A DNA stretch of 64,000 nt from an uncultured Gemmatimonadales bacterium (GTDB lineage: Bacteria > Gemmatimonadota > Gemmatimonadetes > Longimicrobiales > Longimicrobiaceae). Below the pieces are notes generated by a model. It saw nothing but the letters and a program-made list of their open reading frames with translations, made no database searches and was not told the origin of the DNA. The first letter of the stretch is position 1; the number at the start of each line of letters is the position of its first letter. Position numbers and translations under genes: made by a program. This document shows positions 12,367 through 20,546 of this stretch, piece after piece. The stretch is taken from NCBI GenBank assembly GCA_963716255.1, contig OY970303.1, positions 6,368,001 to 6,432,000 on the forward strand. Reading direction: 5' to 3'.

Positions 12367-12924
12367 GTGACGCCGACCTCACGCCTCTGCCTGGGGGCGC
12401 TCGCCTCCGCGCTCGCCTTCGCCGGGTGCTCCGAGAAAGCCGCCGGCAGCTTCACCGCCACCCTGGAAGGCCCGCTGGAGGGCAAGTTCCTGGGGACGGC
12501 GTCCTTCTGCCGCCGCCCGGAACGGGGCGACTTCCTGCTGGTGCTGGAGGCCGATTCGGACTCGGCGGGGTTCGTGCTGGGGCGCGACACGGCGGCGATC
12601 CCGGCGCCCGGCCCGTACGCCGTGGTGGACCCCGGCGACACGCTCGCGGCGGGACGCTTCTGGATGCGGGCGGAACTGGAAAAGCTGGAGGCGACGGGGC
12701 CCTACTCGTTCACCGTGGGGGAGGGCCAGGTGCGCCTGGTCTCGGCGGACTCGGCGTGGATCCGCGGGCGCTTCAAAGTGGAGCTGGTGGCGCGCGACAC
12801 GGCCTTCGCCATCGACACGCTGAGGCGCACGGTGCGCCGCCTCCCCACCCAGTGGCAGACGGTGCAGGGCAACTTCACGGCGGCGCGCGCGGAGCCCTGC
12901 TCCGGGCGCGCGGCGCTCCAGTAG
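12367..12924 (+). CDS. Hypothetical lipoprotein
   Basis: Signal peptide with lipobox FAGC. Confidence 0.7.
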   Translation: MTPTSRLCLGALASALAFAGCSEKAAGSFTATLEGPLEGKFLGTASFCRRPERGDFLLVLEADSDSAGFVLGRDTAAIPAPGPYAVVDPGDTLAAGRFWMRAELEKLEATGPYSFTVGEGQVRLVSADSAWIRGRFKVELVARDTAFAIDTLRRTVRRLPTQWQTVQGNFTAARAEPCSGRAALQ

Positions 12925-12934
12925 GCGGACGACG

Positions 12935-13360
12935 ATGATCCCACCGGGACTTTCCACGGAGCTGCTGGGGGCGCTGCAGTCCGCCCGCCGCGCCGAAAAG
13001 GAGCAGGCGCTCTTCTACCGCGCCCTGGCGGCGGAGGCGGAGGAGCGCGGCGACGCGGCGCTCAGCGAGCGCTTCAACGAGCTGCACGCGGACGAGCAGC
13101 ACCACGTGTCGCGGCTCACGGCGCGGCTGCTGGAGCTGGGCGCGTCCCCGGACGACGTGTCGTCGCTGCGGGCCTCGGACGCGGCGGTGATTGAGGGGTG
13201 GGAGCTCCAGGCGCGCGCCTGGGAGACGGAGGAGGTGCGCCGCTACGAGGCGCTGCTGGAGCTGGGCGCGGACGCGGAAACGGAGGCGCTGCTGCGCGAG
13301 ATCCTGGACACGGAACGGCACCACGCCGAGGAGCTGGGGGGAAAATGGACGCTGGCGTGA
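12935..13360 (+). CDS. Ferritin-like (rubrerythrin-type di-iron) protein
   Basis: E...Y...DEQHH and E...Y...TERHH paired ExxH motifs. Confidence 0.85.
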   Translation: MIPPGLSTELLGALQSARRAEKEQALFYRALAAEAEERGDAALSERFNELHADEQHHVSRLTARLLELGASPDDVSSLRASDAAVIEGWELQARAWETEEVRRYEALLELGADAETEALLREILDTERHHAEELGGKWTLA

Positions 13361-14112
13361 TGCTGGGGCTGCGGGGGAAACGGGCGCTGGTCTCGGGCGG
13401 CTCGCGCGGGGTGGGGCGCGCGGCGGCGCTCCTGCTGGCCCGCGCGGGGGCGGACGTGGGGATCGGCTACCTGAGCCGCGAGGCGGAGGCGGAGGCGGTG
13501 GCGGCGGAGATGCGCGCCCTGGGGGTGCGCGCCTTCGCGCAGGCCGGGAACCTGGCGACGCCCTGGGGCGCGGAACTGCTCTTCGAGCGCGGGCTGGTGG
13601 AGTTCGGCGGGGTGGACGTGTTCGTGGGAAACGCGGGCGTCTGGGTGCCGGAGGACGTGCGGGTGGCGGTGATGACGGACGCGCAGTGGGCGCGCACGCT
13701 GGAGGTGAACCTCACCTCCATCTTCAACACCGTGCGCCTGGCGGCGCGCTTCGTCTCGGATGGGGGCCGCATCGTGCTGGTGTCCTCCACCGCCGGCCAA
13801 CGCGGCGAAGCGTTCCACTCGGACTACGCGGCCAGCAAGGGCGCGATCATCTCCTTCACCAAGAGCGTGGCCGTGGAGCTGGCGCCGCGCGGCATCACGG
13901 TGAACTGCGTGGCGCCCGGCTGGATCGACACGGAGATGGTGGAGCGCCCTGTGGCCGAGCGCCGCGCCGAGATCGAGCGCGCCATCCCCCTGGGCCGCAT
14001 CGCCAGCGCCGACGACGTGGCGGGCCCGATCGTGCTGCTCTGCTCGGCGCTGGCGCGGCACGTGACCGGCGAGATCCTGAACGTGAACGGCGGCAGCGTG
14101 CTCTGCGGGTGA
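13360..14112 (+). CDS. SDR family oxidoreductase (FabG-like)
   Basis: SGGSRGVG, GNAG, YAASK, NCVAPG; start overlaps upstream stop (TGATG). Confidence 0.93.
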   Translation: MLGLRGKRALVSGGSRGVGRAAALLLARAGADVGIGYLSREAEAEAVAAEMRALGVRAFAQAGNLATPWGAELLFERGLVEFGGVDVFVGNAGVWVPEDVRVAVMTDAQWARTLEVNLTSIFNTVRLAARFVSDGGRIVLVSSTAGQRGEAFHSDYAASKGAIISFTKSVAVELAPRGITVNCVAPGWIDTEMVERPVAERRAEIERAIPLGRIASADDVAGPIVLLCSALARHVTGEILNVNGGSVLCG

Positions 14113-14155
14113 ACTGAAGTGCGACAGTGCGAAGTACGCTGAACGGCGACGGCGA

Positions 14156-14330
14156 CCCCCTCCCCCGGCCCCTCGCCGCAAGGGGGAGGGGAGAACGACG
14201 ACGGCAGCCCTCACCCCCCGGCCCCCTCTCCCACAAGGGGAGAGGGGGAGGACGATGAAGCCGAGGGTCGGGAAGCCCTCCCCCAGAATTGGGGGAGGGT
14301 GGCGAGCCTAAGCGAGCCGGGTGGGGGCCC
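14156..14330. repeat. Repeat family D cluster, three CCCTC...GAGGG palindromic units
   Basis: 14156-14193, 14208-14250 (CCCTCACCCCCCGGCCCCCTCTCCCACAAGGGGAGAGGGGGAG) and inverted 14276-14330. Confidence 0.8.
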
Positions 14331-14354
14331 CAGCGGACGCCAGCGCGATGCCCC

Positions 14355-14480
14355 GCGTGAGGGATTTCGGCCCGAAGGGGCGAGACCCGCGCAGTCTGCG
14401 GGGCTCGACTCCGTTGCAGACGGTCGTTTCGTCTGCTACGGAGCCGAAGCCCGACCCCGGCGCCAGCCGGGGGCACGCCC
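14355..14480 (-). repeat. Structured repeat A, copy 1
   Basis: Reverse complement of GGGCGTG...GGGGTCGGGCTTCGGCTCCGTA...ATCCCTCACGC. Confidence 0.95.
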
Positions 14481-14523
14481 AGGTCCGCCGTGTTCCCGTC
14501 CGCAATTCAAAGGAAAAGCCTGA

Positions 14524-15525
14524 ATGCCGAACCTCCCCAGGATCCTGCTGATCACCACGGGCGGCACCATCTCCATGCGCGTGGACCCGGAGCGCGGCGG
14601 CGCCGTGCCGACGCTCTCGGGGGAGGAGATCGTGCGCCTGGTGCCGGGCATAGACCGGGTGGCCCGGCTGGAGGTGCGCGAGTTCGGAAAGCTCCCGGGG
14701 CCGCACATGACCATCGAGCGCATGTGGGAGCTGAGGGCGGAGATCCTGCGCGCGGTGCAGGAGGGGTTCGAGGCGGTGGTGGTGACGCACGGGACGGACA
14801 CCATCGAGGAGACGGCCTACCTGCTGGACCGCTCCCTCCCGGCGGTGGTGCCGGTGGTGCTCACGGGGGCCATGCGCAACTCGTCGGAGCTGTCGTGGGA
14901 CGGGCCCGTCAACCTGATGAGCGCGGTGCAGGTGGCGGCGTCGCCGGAGTCGCGCGGGCGCGGCACCATGGTGGCCATGGACGAGCGGATGGTGCAGGGC
15001 GCGGAGGTGGTGAAGACGCACACGGAGGAGTTCGGCACCTTCCAGTCGCCCAACTGGGGTCCGCTGGGGATCGTGGACAAGGGGCACGTGCTGTACTACC
15101 GCGAGTCGCGCCGCAAGCCCACGCTGGCGCCGGACGCGCCCGTGACCCCGGTGGACCTGGTGAAGATCGTGGCGGGGGCGGACGCGCGGCTGATCGAGGC
15201 GAGCCTGGAGAGCGGGGCGCGCGGGATCGTGCTGGAGGCGCTGGGGCGCGGCAACGTCCCCCCGGAGGTGGTTCCCGGGGTGCGCCGCTGGACGGAAGCG
15301 GGACGGCCGCTGGTGGTGACCTCGCGCTCGCTGCGCGGGCGGGTGCTGGACACCTACGCGTACATGGGCGGCGGGCACGTGCTGCGGGAGATGGGGGCGA
15401 TCTTCGCGGACCACCTCACGGGGCAGCAGGCCCGCATCGAGCTGATGCTGGCGCTGGGCGTGTTCCGCGGCGACGTGGACCGGGTGCGCGACGCGGTGGA
15501 GGGGGGGAGCTACGACGACGAGTAA
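14524..15525 (+). CDS. L-asparaginase (type I/II family)
   Basis: TTGGTI and HGTDT catalytic motifs, VVLTGAMR. Confidence 0.95.
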   Translation: MPNLPRILLITTGGTISMRVDPERGGAVPTLSGEEIVRLVPGIDRVARLEVREFGKLPGPHMTIERMWELRAEILRAVQEGFEAVVVTHGTDTIEETAYLLDRSLPAVVPVVLTGAMRNSSELSWDGPVNLMSAVQVAASPESRGRGTMVAMDERMVQGAEVVKTHTEEFGTFQSPNWGPLGIVDKGHVLYYRESRRKPTLAPDAPVTPVDLVKIVAGADARLIEASLESGARGIVLEALGRGNVPPEVVPGVRRWTEAGRPLVVTSRSLRGRVLDTYAYMGGGHVLREMGAIFADHLTGQQARIELMLALGVFRGDVDRVRDAVEGGSYDDE

Positions 15526-15557
15526 GGGGGTTTGGAACGGCGTTTCACGGCGGGTTC

Positions 15558-15686
15558 GGGCGTGTCCCCGGCTGGCGCCGGGGTCGGGCTTCGGCTCCGT
15601 AACGCACGAAACAACCGTGCGTAACGGAGTCGAGCCCGCGCAAACAGCCGCGCGGTCTCGCCCCTTCGGGCCGTCATCCCTCACGC
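15558..15686 (+). repeat. Structured repeat A, copy 2
   Basis: Full element; stem ACGCACG-AAACAAC-CGTGCGT. Confidence 0.95.
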
Positions 15687-15719
15687 AAGTGCCGACGTAG
15701 CCGCAACCTCCCGCAGTTG

Positions 15720-15774
15720 CCCCCTCTCCCGGGATCGGGAGAGGGTGGCGGCTCTAAGGCCGCCGGGTGAGGGC
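15720..15774 (-). repeat. Repeat family D unit
   Basis: CCCTCTCCCG-ggat-CGGGAGAGGG plus GGCGGC...GCCGCC-GGGTGAGGG. Confidence 0.75.
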
Positions 15775-15884
15775 TCGCCGGGCCGGAGCGTCTCCACGGG
15801 CAGGGTGGTGCGGCCAGCCAACCCGCGCCGTATCTTTGCCGGGTCCGCGTGTTCGAACCGTGCCCTCGCTCCAGGACCGCCGCC

Positions 15885-16427
15885 ATGACCCGCTCCTCCA
15901 TCTCGCCGCCCGCCTCCGACGAGTACGCGCCCTTCTACGCCGGCTACGTGGCCCTGGTGCGGGAGGAGGACGTGCTGTACGTGCTGGCTCGCCAGCCCGA
16001 GGACCTGCGGCGCCTGTGCGGCGGCCTTTCCGACGAGGACGCGCTCGCCCGCTACGCGCCGGGGAAGTGGATCGTCAAGGAAGTGCTGGGCCACCTGGCC
16101 GACGTGGAGCGCATCTTCGCCTACCGCGCCCTGCGCGTGGGGCGCGGCGACGTCACCCCGCTCGCCGGCTTCGACGAGAACGCCTACGTCCCGGCCGCCG
16201 GCTCCGACCGCCGGCCCCTGGCCGACCTGCTGGACGAGTTCGAGGCGGTGCGCGCCGCGACGCTGGCGCTGTTCCGCGGCATGCCGGAGGACGCCTGGGG
16301 GCGGCGCGGGACGGCCAACGGGGTCCCGGTGAGCACGCGCGGCCTGCTCTACGTCACCGCGGGGCACGCGCGGCACCACATGGAGATCCTCCGCGAGCGC
16401 TACGGGCTGGGGGCGGGCACCTCCTGA
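15885..16427 (+). CDS. DinB family protein
   Basis: RYAPGKWIVKEVLGHLADVER...GHARHH. Confidence 0.9.
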   Translation: MTRSSISPPASDEYAPFYAGYVALVREEDVLYVLARQPEDLRRLCGGLSDEDALARYAPGKWIVKEVLGHLADVERIFAYRALRVGRGDVTPLAGFDENAYVPAAGSDRRPLADLLDEFEAVRAATLALFRGMPEDAWGRRGTANGVPVSTRGLLYVTAGHARHHMEILRERYGLGAGTS

Positions 16428-16451
16428 ATCCCGCGTCTCCGGCGGCGGGGT

Positions 16452-16613
16452 GGCGGGGCCGCTCCGGAGCCGGACGATACTACTGTCCGTCTCCTGCGCG
16501 GGTCGCGGAGCCACCGGAAACTGCCCCGGTGTCTCCGCTCCGGCTCCGGGAACCAGCCGAAACCGCCCGGCTGTTTCCCTCCGCAGACGATCTGGGGGAT
16601 ACTGCGGAACGGC
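16452..16613 (+). repeat. Structured repeat B, copy 1 (three tandem GGAGCC-stem-loop-GTCTCC modules)
   Basis: Modules at 16466, 16507, 16549; homologous to 29488-29660 and 58491-58649. Confidence 0.92.
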
Positions 16614-16629
16614 CAACGGCACGACAAAA

Positions 16630-16664
16630 GCGAAACGGCCGCCCCGGGGGGGCGGCCGTTTCGC
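16630..16664. terminator. Probable bidirectional terminator
   Basis: GCGAAACGGCCGCCCC...GGGGCGGCCGTTTCGC between convergent genes. Confidence 0.75.
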
Positions 16665-16693
16665 ACTTTCGCGCTTTCGAACTTTCGCTTTGT

Positions 16694-17131
16694 TTACCTC
16701 GCGGCGAGCTCCGCTTCCGGCTGGCTCGCGTGCACGCCGGTCTCCTGCCATGCGCGAAAGCAGTCCCAGCCGAACTCGCGGGCGGCGCGGGCCTGGTCGG
16801 GGAAGCCGAAGTAGTCGCGCCACCCCTGGGCCTCGGCGCGCCAGCGGCAGTCCCAGTCGAACTTCACGATCCGCGTCTCGCCGGCGGCGTGCACGGTCGC
16901 CGTGCCGCGGAAGTACTCGCAGCCCGTGGACGCGTGGATCTCCACCCGCTCGATCTCCAGCTCCGGGTACGCTTCCAGCACCTTGGTCAGGGTGCGCTCC
17001 ACCTTGACCGCGGGGGAGGGGAAGCTGAACGAGACCCGCTCGCACGCGCGCCCGTCGCGCTGGAAGCGGCGCACCGCGTCGCGGAACGCATCGGTGGCGG
17101 CCGAGCGTTGAAGAAACGTGGAAAGATCCAT
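16694..17131 (-). CDS. Hypothetical protein (145 aa)
   Basis: Host-like codon usage; distinctive WDCRWRA...DYFGFPDQARAAREFGWDCF tail. Confidence 0.8.
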   Translation of the reverse strand: MDLSTFLQRSAATDAFRDAVRRFQRDGRACERVSFSFPSPAVKVERTLTKVLEAYPELEIERVEIHASTGCEYFRGTATVHAAGETRIVKFDWDCRWRAEAQGWRDYFGFPDQARAAREFGWDCFRAWQETGVHASQPEAELAAR

Positions 17132-17298
17132 AGTTTGCCGGGGCTGAAAGGTGGGGTGGCCGTAAACATAACGCCGAGACGGCGAACCGCCAACTGTTTC
17201 GTCGCCATGTGTTTGCGGCGGTGTCCACCGAGCCGCTCCCTTACTCCGAGGAGTTCCATGCACGAGAGCAGGAAGCCCACGCCCGCCGCGGCCGCGGG

Positions 17299-18651
17299 GT
17301 GACGGAGGACGCCGCGCCGCGCGCCGACCTGCACCCCCCGCGCGAGGTCGTCCGCATCGCCCGCCGGCTGGAGGAGGCGGGCTACTCCACCTGGGCGGTG
17401 GGCGGAGCGGTGCGCGACGCGCTGGCCGGGCGCCGCCACACGGGCGACTGGGACCTGACCACCGCCGCCCGCCCGGGCGACGTGCGCCGGCTCTTCCGCC
17501 GCACGGTGCCGGTGGGGATCGAGCACGGCACGGTGGGGGTGGTGGGGGGGGACGGGCGGATGTACGAGGTCACCACCTTCCGCCGCGACGTGGAAACGGA
17601 CGGCCGGCACGCGAAGGTGTCGTTCTCCGACACGGTGGAGGAGGACCTGACCCGGCGCGACTTCACCATCAACGCCGTCGCCTGGCACCCGCTCACCCGC
17701 GAGCTGCGCGACCCGCACGGCGGCCGGGACGACCTGCGCCGCGGCGTCCTGCGCACGGTGGGCGAGCCGGCGGAGCGCTTCCGCGAGGACCGCCTGCGGG
17801 TGCTGCGCGGTCTGCGCTTCGCCGGGCGCTTCGGCCTGCGCGTGGACGCGGCGACGTGGGAGGCCGCCCGCGAGGCGGCGCCGTACCTCCCCCTGCTCTC
17901 CGCCGAGCGGGTGCGCGAGGAGCTGCTCAAGCTCCTCCGCGAGGTGGAGCGCCCCTCGGCCTCGCTGCGCCTGTACCGGGAGTGCGGCGCGCTCGCCTCG
18001 CTGTACCCGGAGCTGGAGCGCTGCGCCGGCGTCCCGGACGGCACGGGCGAGGACGTGTGGAGCCACCTGCTGCGCACCGCGGACGAGGTGCCCCGCGCGC
18101 GGCCGCTGCTCCGCCTGGCCGCCCTGCTCCACGACGCGGGCAAGCCTCTCGTGGAGCAGAGCCCGGACGGCGCCTTCCCGCGCCACGCCGAAGCGGGCGC
18201 CGCCGCCGCGCGCGGGCTGCTGCGCCGCATCCGCTGCTCCAACGCCGAGACCGACACCGTCACCCACCTGGTCGCCCAGCACGCCGGCGCCCCCGCGGCC
18301 GACGCGCCCATGCCGGAGTGGCGCCGCTGGCTGCGCCGCGTGGGCCCGGAGCACGCGCGCGACCTTGTTCGCCTGGGCATCGCGAGCTGCCGCGCCCACG
18401 CCGCGGCCTCCCCCGGCTGGGCGGCGCCGGACCGCGCGCGCCTCGCCGCCGCCCGCCGCGTGATGCGCGAGCGCACCGCCACCGGCATCGGCGGCCTGGC
18501 GGTCGGCGGGGCGGAGCTGCGCGGCCTGGGCCTGCCGCCCGGCCCGCTCTACGGCGAGGTGCTGAAGTGGCTGCTGGAGCAGGTCACGGACGACCCGGAG
18601 CTGAACGAGCGGGAAACGCTTCTGCGGATGGTGCGGGAGCGGATGGGGTAG
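17299..18651 (+). CDS. CCA tRNA nucleotidyltransferase / poly(A) polymerase family (class II)
   Basis: VGGAVRD, DWDLTT, EVTTFR, DLTRRDFTINA, EDRLRVLR, ERVREEL, LLHDAGK; start uncertain. Confidence 0.93.
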   Translation: MTEDAAPRADLHPPREVVRIARRLEEAGYSTWAVGGAVRDALAGRRHTGDWDLTTAARPGDVRRLFRRTVPVGIEHGTVGVVGGDGRMYEVTTFRRDVETDGRHAKVSFSDTVEEDLTRRDFTINAVAWHPLTRELRDPHGGRDDLRRGVLRTVGEPAERFREDRLRVLRGLRFAGRFGLRVDAATWEAAREAAPYLPLLSAERVREELLKLLREVERPSASLRLYRECGALASLYPELERCAGVPDGTGEDVWSHLLRTADEVPRARPLLRLAALLHDAGKPLVEQSPDGAFPRHAEAGAAAARGLLRRIRCSNAETDTVTHLVAQHAGAPAADAPMPEWRRWLRRVGPEHARDLVRLGIASCRAHAAASPGWAAPDRARLAAARRVMRERTATGIGGLAVGGAELRGLGLPPGPLYGEVLKWLLEQVTDDPELNERETLLRMVRERMG

Positions 18652-18700
18652 GGGACAGCCGGCTTCATACGGTGCACGCGCAGCGTGCAGCGCCACGGCG

Positions 18701-18820
18701 ACCCCCCCCCCGGCCCTTCCCCGCAAGGGGGAGGGGGGAGCACGACAACGGCGAGGTACAAATAAAGCCCTCCCCCGGAACGTGGGAGGGCGGCGGCTAC
18801 AAGGCCGCCGGGTGGGGGCC
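18701..18820. repeat. Repeat family D, two units
   Basis: 18701-18740 and inverted 18767-18820. Confidence 0.75.
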
Positions 18821-18833
18821 AGCGCGGAGCCCC

Positions 18834-18962
18834 GCGTGAGGGATTTCGGCCCGAAGGGGCGAGACCCGGCGGCTGATTGCCGGGGCTCGACTCCGTTGCA
18901 GACGGTAGTTTCGTCTGCTACGGAGCCGAAGCCCGACCCCGGCGCCCGCCGGGGGCACGCCC
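18834..18962 (-). repeat. Structured repeat A, copy 3
   Basis: Full element on minus strand; stem GCAGACG-AAACTAC-CGTCTGC. Confidence 0.95.
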
Positions 18963-18982
18963 GAACCCGCCGTCCCCGTTGG

Positions 18983-19189
18983 TCAAAGCCGTTGCGGTGC
19001 CGCCTCTCCCGCGGACTCGACTTTCGAAAGAAGCCACTGCCAGGCTTCGTCCAGCCGCCATTCGATCGCCGCGGACGCTTCGGGCAGGTCCGCGTGCTGG
19101 CGCAGCAGGAACTCCAGGTCCGCGATCCACCGGCGGAGCTGCGCTTCGTCGGAATCGGGACCGACCGCGGGAACCAGGATTCGCAGCAT
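18983..19189 (-). CDS. Small hypothetical protein (68 aa)
   Basis: Helical-looking sequence LRRWIADLEFLL...WRLDEAWQWL downstream of GntR gene; no clear RBS. Confidence 0.45.
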   Translation of the reverse strand: MLRILVPAVGPDSDEAQLRRWIADLEFLLRQHADLPEASAAIEWRLDEAWQWLLSKVESAGEAAPQRL

Positions 19190-19259
19190 GCAGGGCCGGG
19201 GAGGAGGGGTCAGCCGGGACGGCGGACTTCCGCGTGCAACCCCCGTACCCGTATCCCGC

Positions 19260-20207
19260 TCACCCGGGTCCCCCCGCAAGCCGCTCCGCCCGCAGGTTCA
19301 GCCGGATGATGGTCTCGGCCAGCTCGCGCGCGGTCTGCGGCGAGAAGGTGGGGGCGTGGGGGATCGCCTCGGGGAGGCGCGCCCCCGCGAGCGACGCGCG
19401 GGCCGCCTTGGTCAGCAGCACCGTGCGCTCGGGTGCGATGCGCTCCACCGCTTCCCGGTCGGAGGCGGCGACCAGGCGGATGCGCGACCCGTTCTCCGCG
19501 CCGCTGCCGTGCATGGCCCGGATGCGCTCTCCGAACTCCGGGTCCACCGAGACCACCACCAGCTCGCCCCGCTCCAGCTCGCGCCCGATGGCCTCCACGA
19601 TGTGGGAGTGCACCGTCAGGACGACCACCGGCCTCCCGGAGGGGAGCGCCGCCCCCTGCACCCGTGCCGCGTGGAAGCGGGTGGTCACCACCAGGTCCGC
19701 GCCGGCCAGCTCGGCCTGCAGGCGCCCCGCGTCCTCCGGGCCGCCGCCGCCGGACGAGAGGTACACCGGGTGCGCTTCCAGCCCGAACAGCTCCGCGAGC
19801 TCGGTGCAGTACGCGGTCATCTGGTCCAGGTTGGACTCCACGCACGCCACCCGCAGGCGGGTGTGCGTGGTGCAGCGCCGCAGCAGGTCGTGCAGCTCGG
19901 TGAGCGGGATCTGCCGGCGCCAGGCGTCGGTGACCACGCTGGCCAGCCAGCGCGCCGTCTCGGCCAGCAGCTCGCCGCCCAGTCGCTCCTGCTGCGCCAC
20001 GTACACCCCGGAGCGGCCCCTCACCTCCACCAGCCCCTCCTCCTGGAGGACGCGGTAGGAGGCGGCGACCGCGCGGTGGTCGGCCCCGGTCTCGCGCGCC
20101 ACCTCGCGGATGCTGGGGAGCCGGTCGCCGGGCCGGATGCGGCCCACGTGGAGGGCGTTGAGGAGGCGGTCCCGGAGGCGGTCGGTGAGGTCTTGCTCGC
20201 GGTCCAC
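19260..20207 (-). CDS. GntR family transcriptional regulator with uncharacterised C-terminal domain
   Basis: RPGDRLPSIREVARETG...YRVLQEEGLVEVRGRSGVYV wHTH; GTG start inferred. Confidence 0.88.
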   Translation of the reverse strand: MDREQDLTDRLRDRLLNALHVGRIRPGDRLPSIREVARETGADHRAVAASYRVLQEEGLVEVRGRSGVYVAQQERLGGELLAETARWLASVVTDAWRRQIPLTELHDLLRRCTTHTRLRVACVESNLDQMTAYCTELAELFGLEAHPVYLSSGGGGPEDAGRLQAELAGADLVVTTRFHAARVQGAALPSGRPVVVLTVHSHIVEAIGRELERGELVVVSVDPEFGERIRAMHGSGAENGSRIRLVAASDREAVERIAPERTVLLTKAARASLAGARLPEAIPHAPTFSPQTARELAETIIRLNLRAERLAGGPG

Positions 20208-20546
20208 GGGGCTCGGAGAGCTGGTGGCGGCGCGCGGGCGGGGCGCGGCATGCGCCGCGCTCCGCTTTCCGGCAGCCGGATGTTTCACTTTGTGGCCTCG
20301 CGGCGCGGGATGCAAGGGGCGCTCGCCCGGCCGGCGGCTTGCGGGATCGTGGGGCGGGGTGTAGCCTGCAAGCTGGAGGCACCGGCGGTGCGGTGGCGTG
20401 CTCCCTGCATCCGCGCGGAGCGTGACTCTACACAGGACGGCTCGATTGAACGAAGCTGACGACGTTCCCGGCAGTACGCGGGGCGGACCGCCCCGCGCGG
20501 GTGTCCGCCCCCCCCGTGGTCCGCGCCGCCCCCCCGGAGGCGGCCG

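Noticed and set aside
14299..14551. Recurrent short ORFs reading RVRDFGPKGRDP...TEPKPDPGASRGHAR (also near 18782, 35959, 43558)
   Set aside because: They are translations of repeat A in various frames with no consistent start or stop; variation between copies preserves base pairing rather than codons
15558..15686. Element A as a classical MITE, attC site or tRNA
   Set aside because: No long terminal inverted repeats or evident target duplications, no RYYYAAC/GTTRRRY ends, and no T-loop, anticodon arm or CCA pattern
16452..16613. Element B as a CRISPR array
   Set aside because: Only three units, constant parts are about 6 nt, the variable parts are self-complementary hairpins, and there are no cas genes in the window
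17132..17257. Riboswitch in the divergent region before the CCA enzyme (GAAAC-containing hairpins)
   Set aside because: Pairing is weak and it does not match the c-di-GMP or other aptamer consensus I can recall; it also lacks the GAGCC/GTCTC module base
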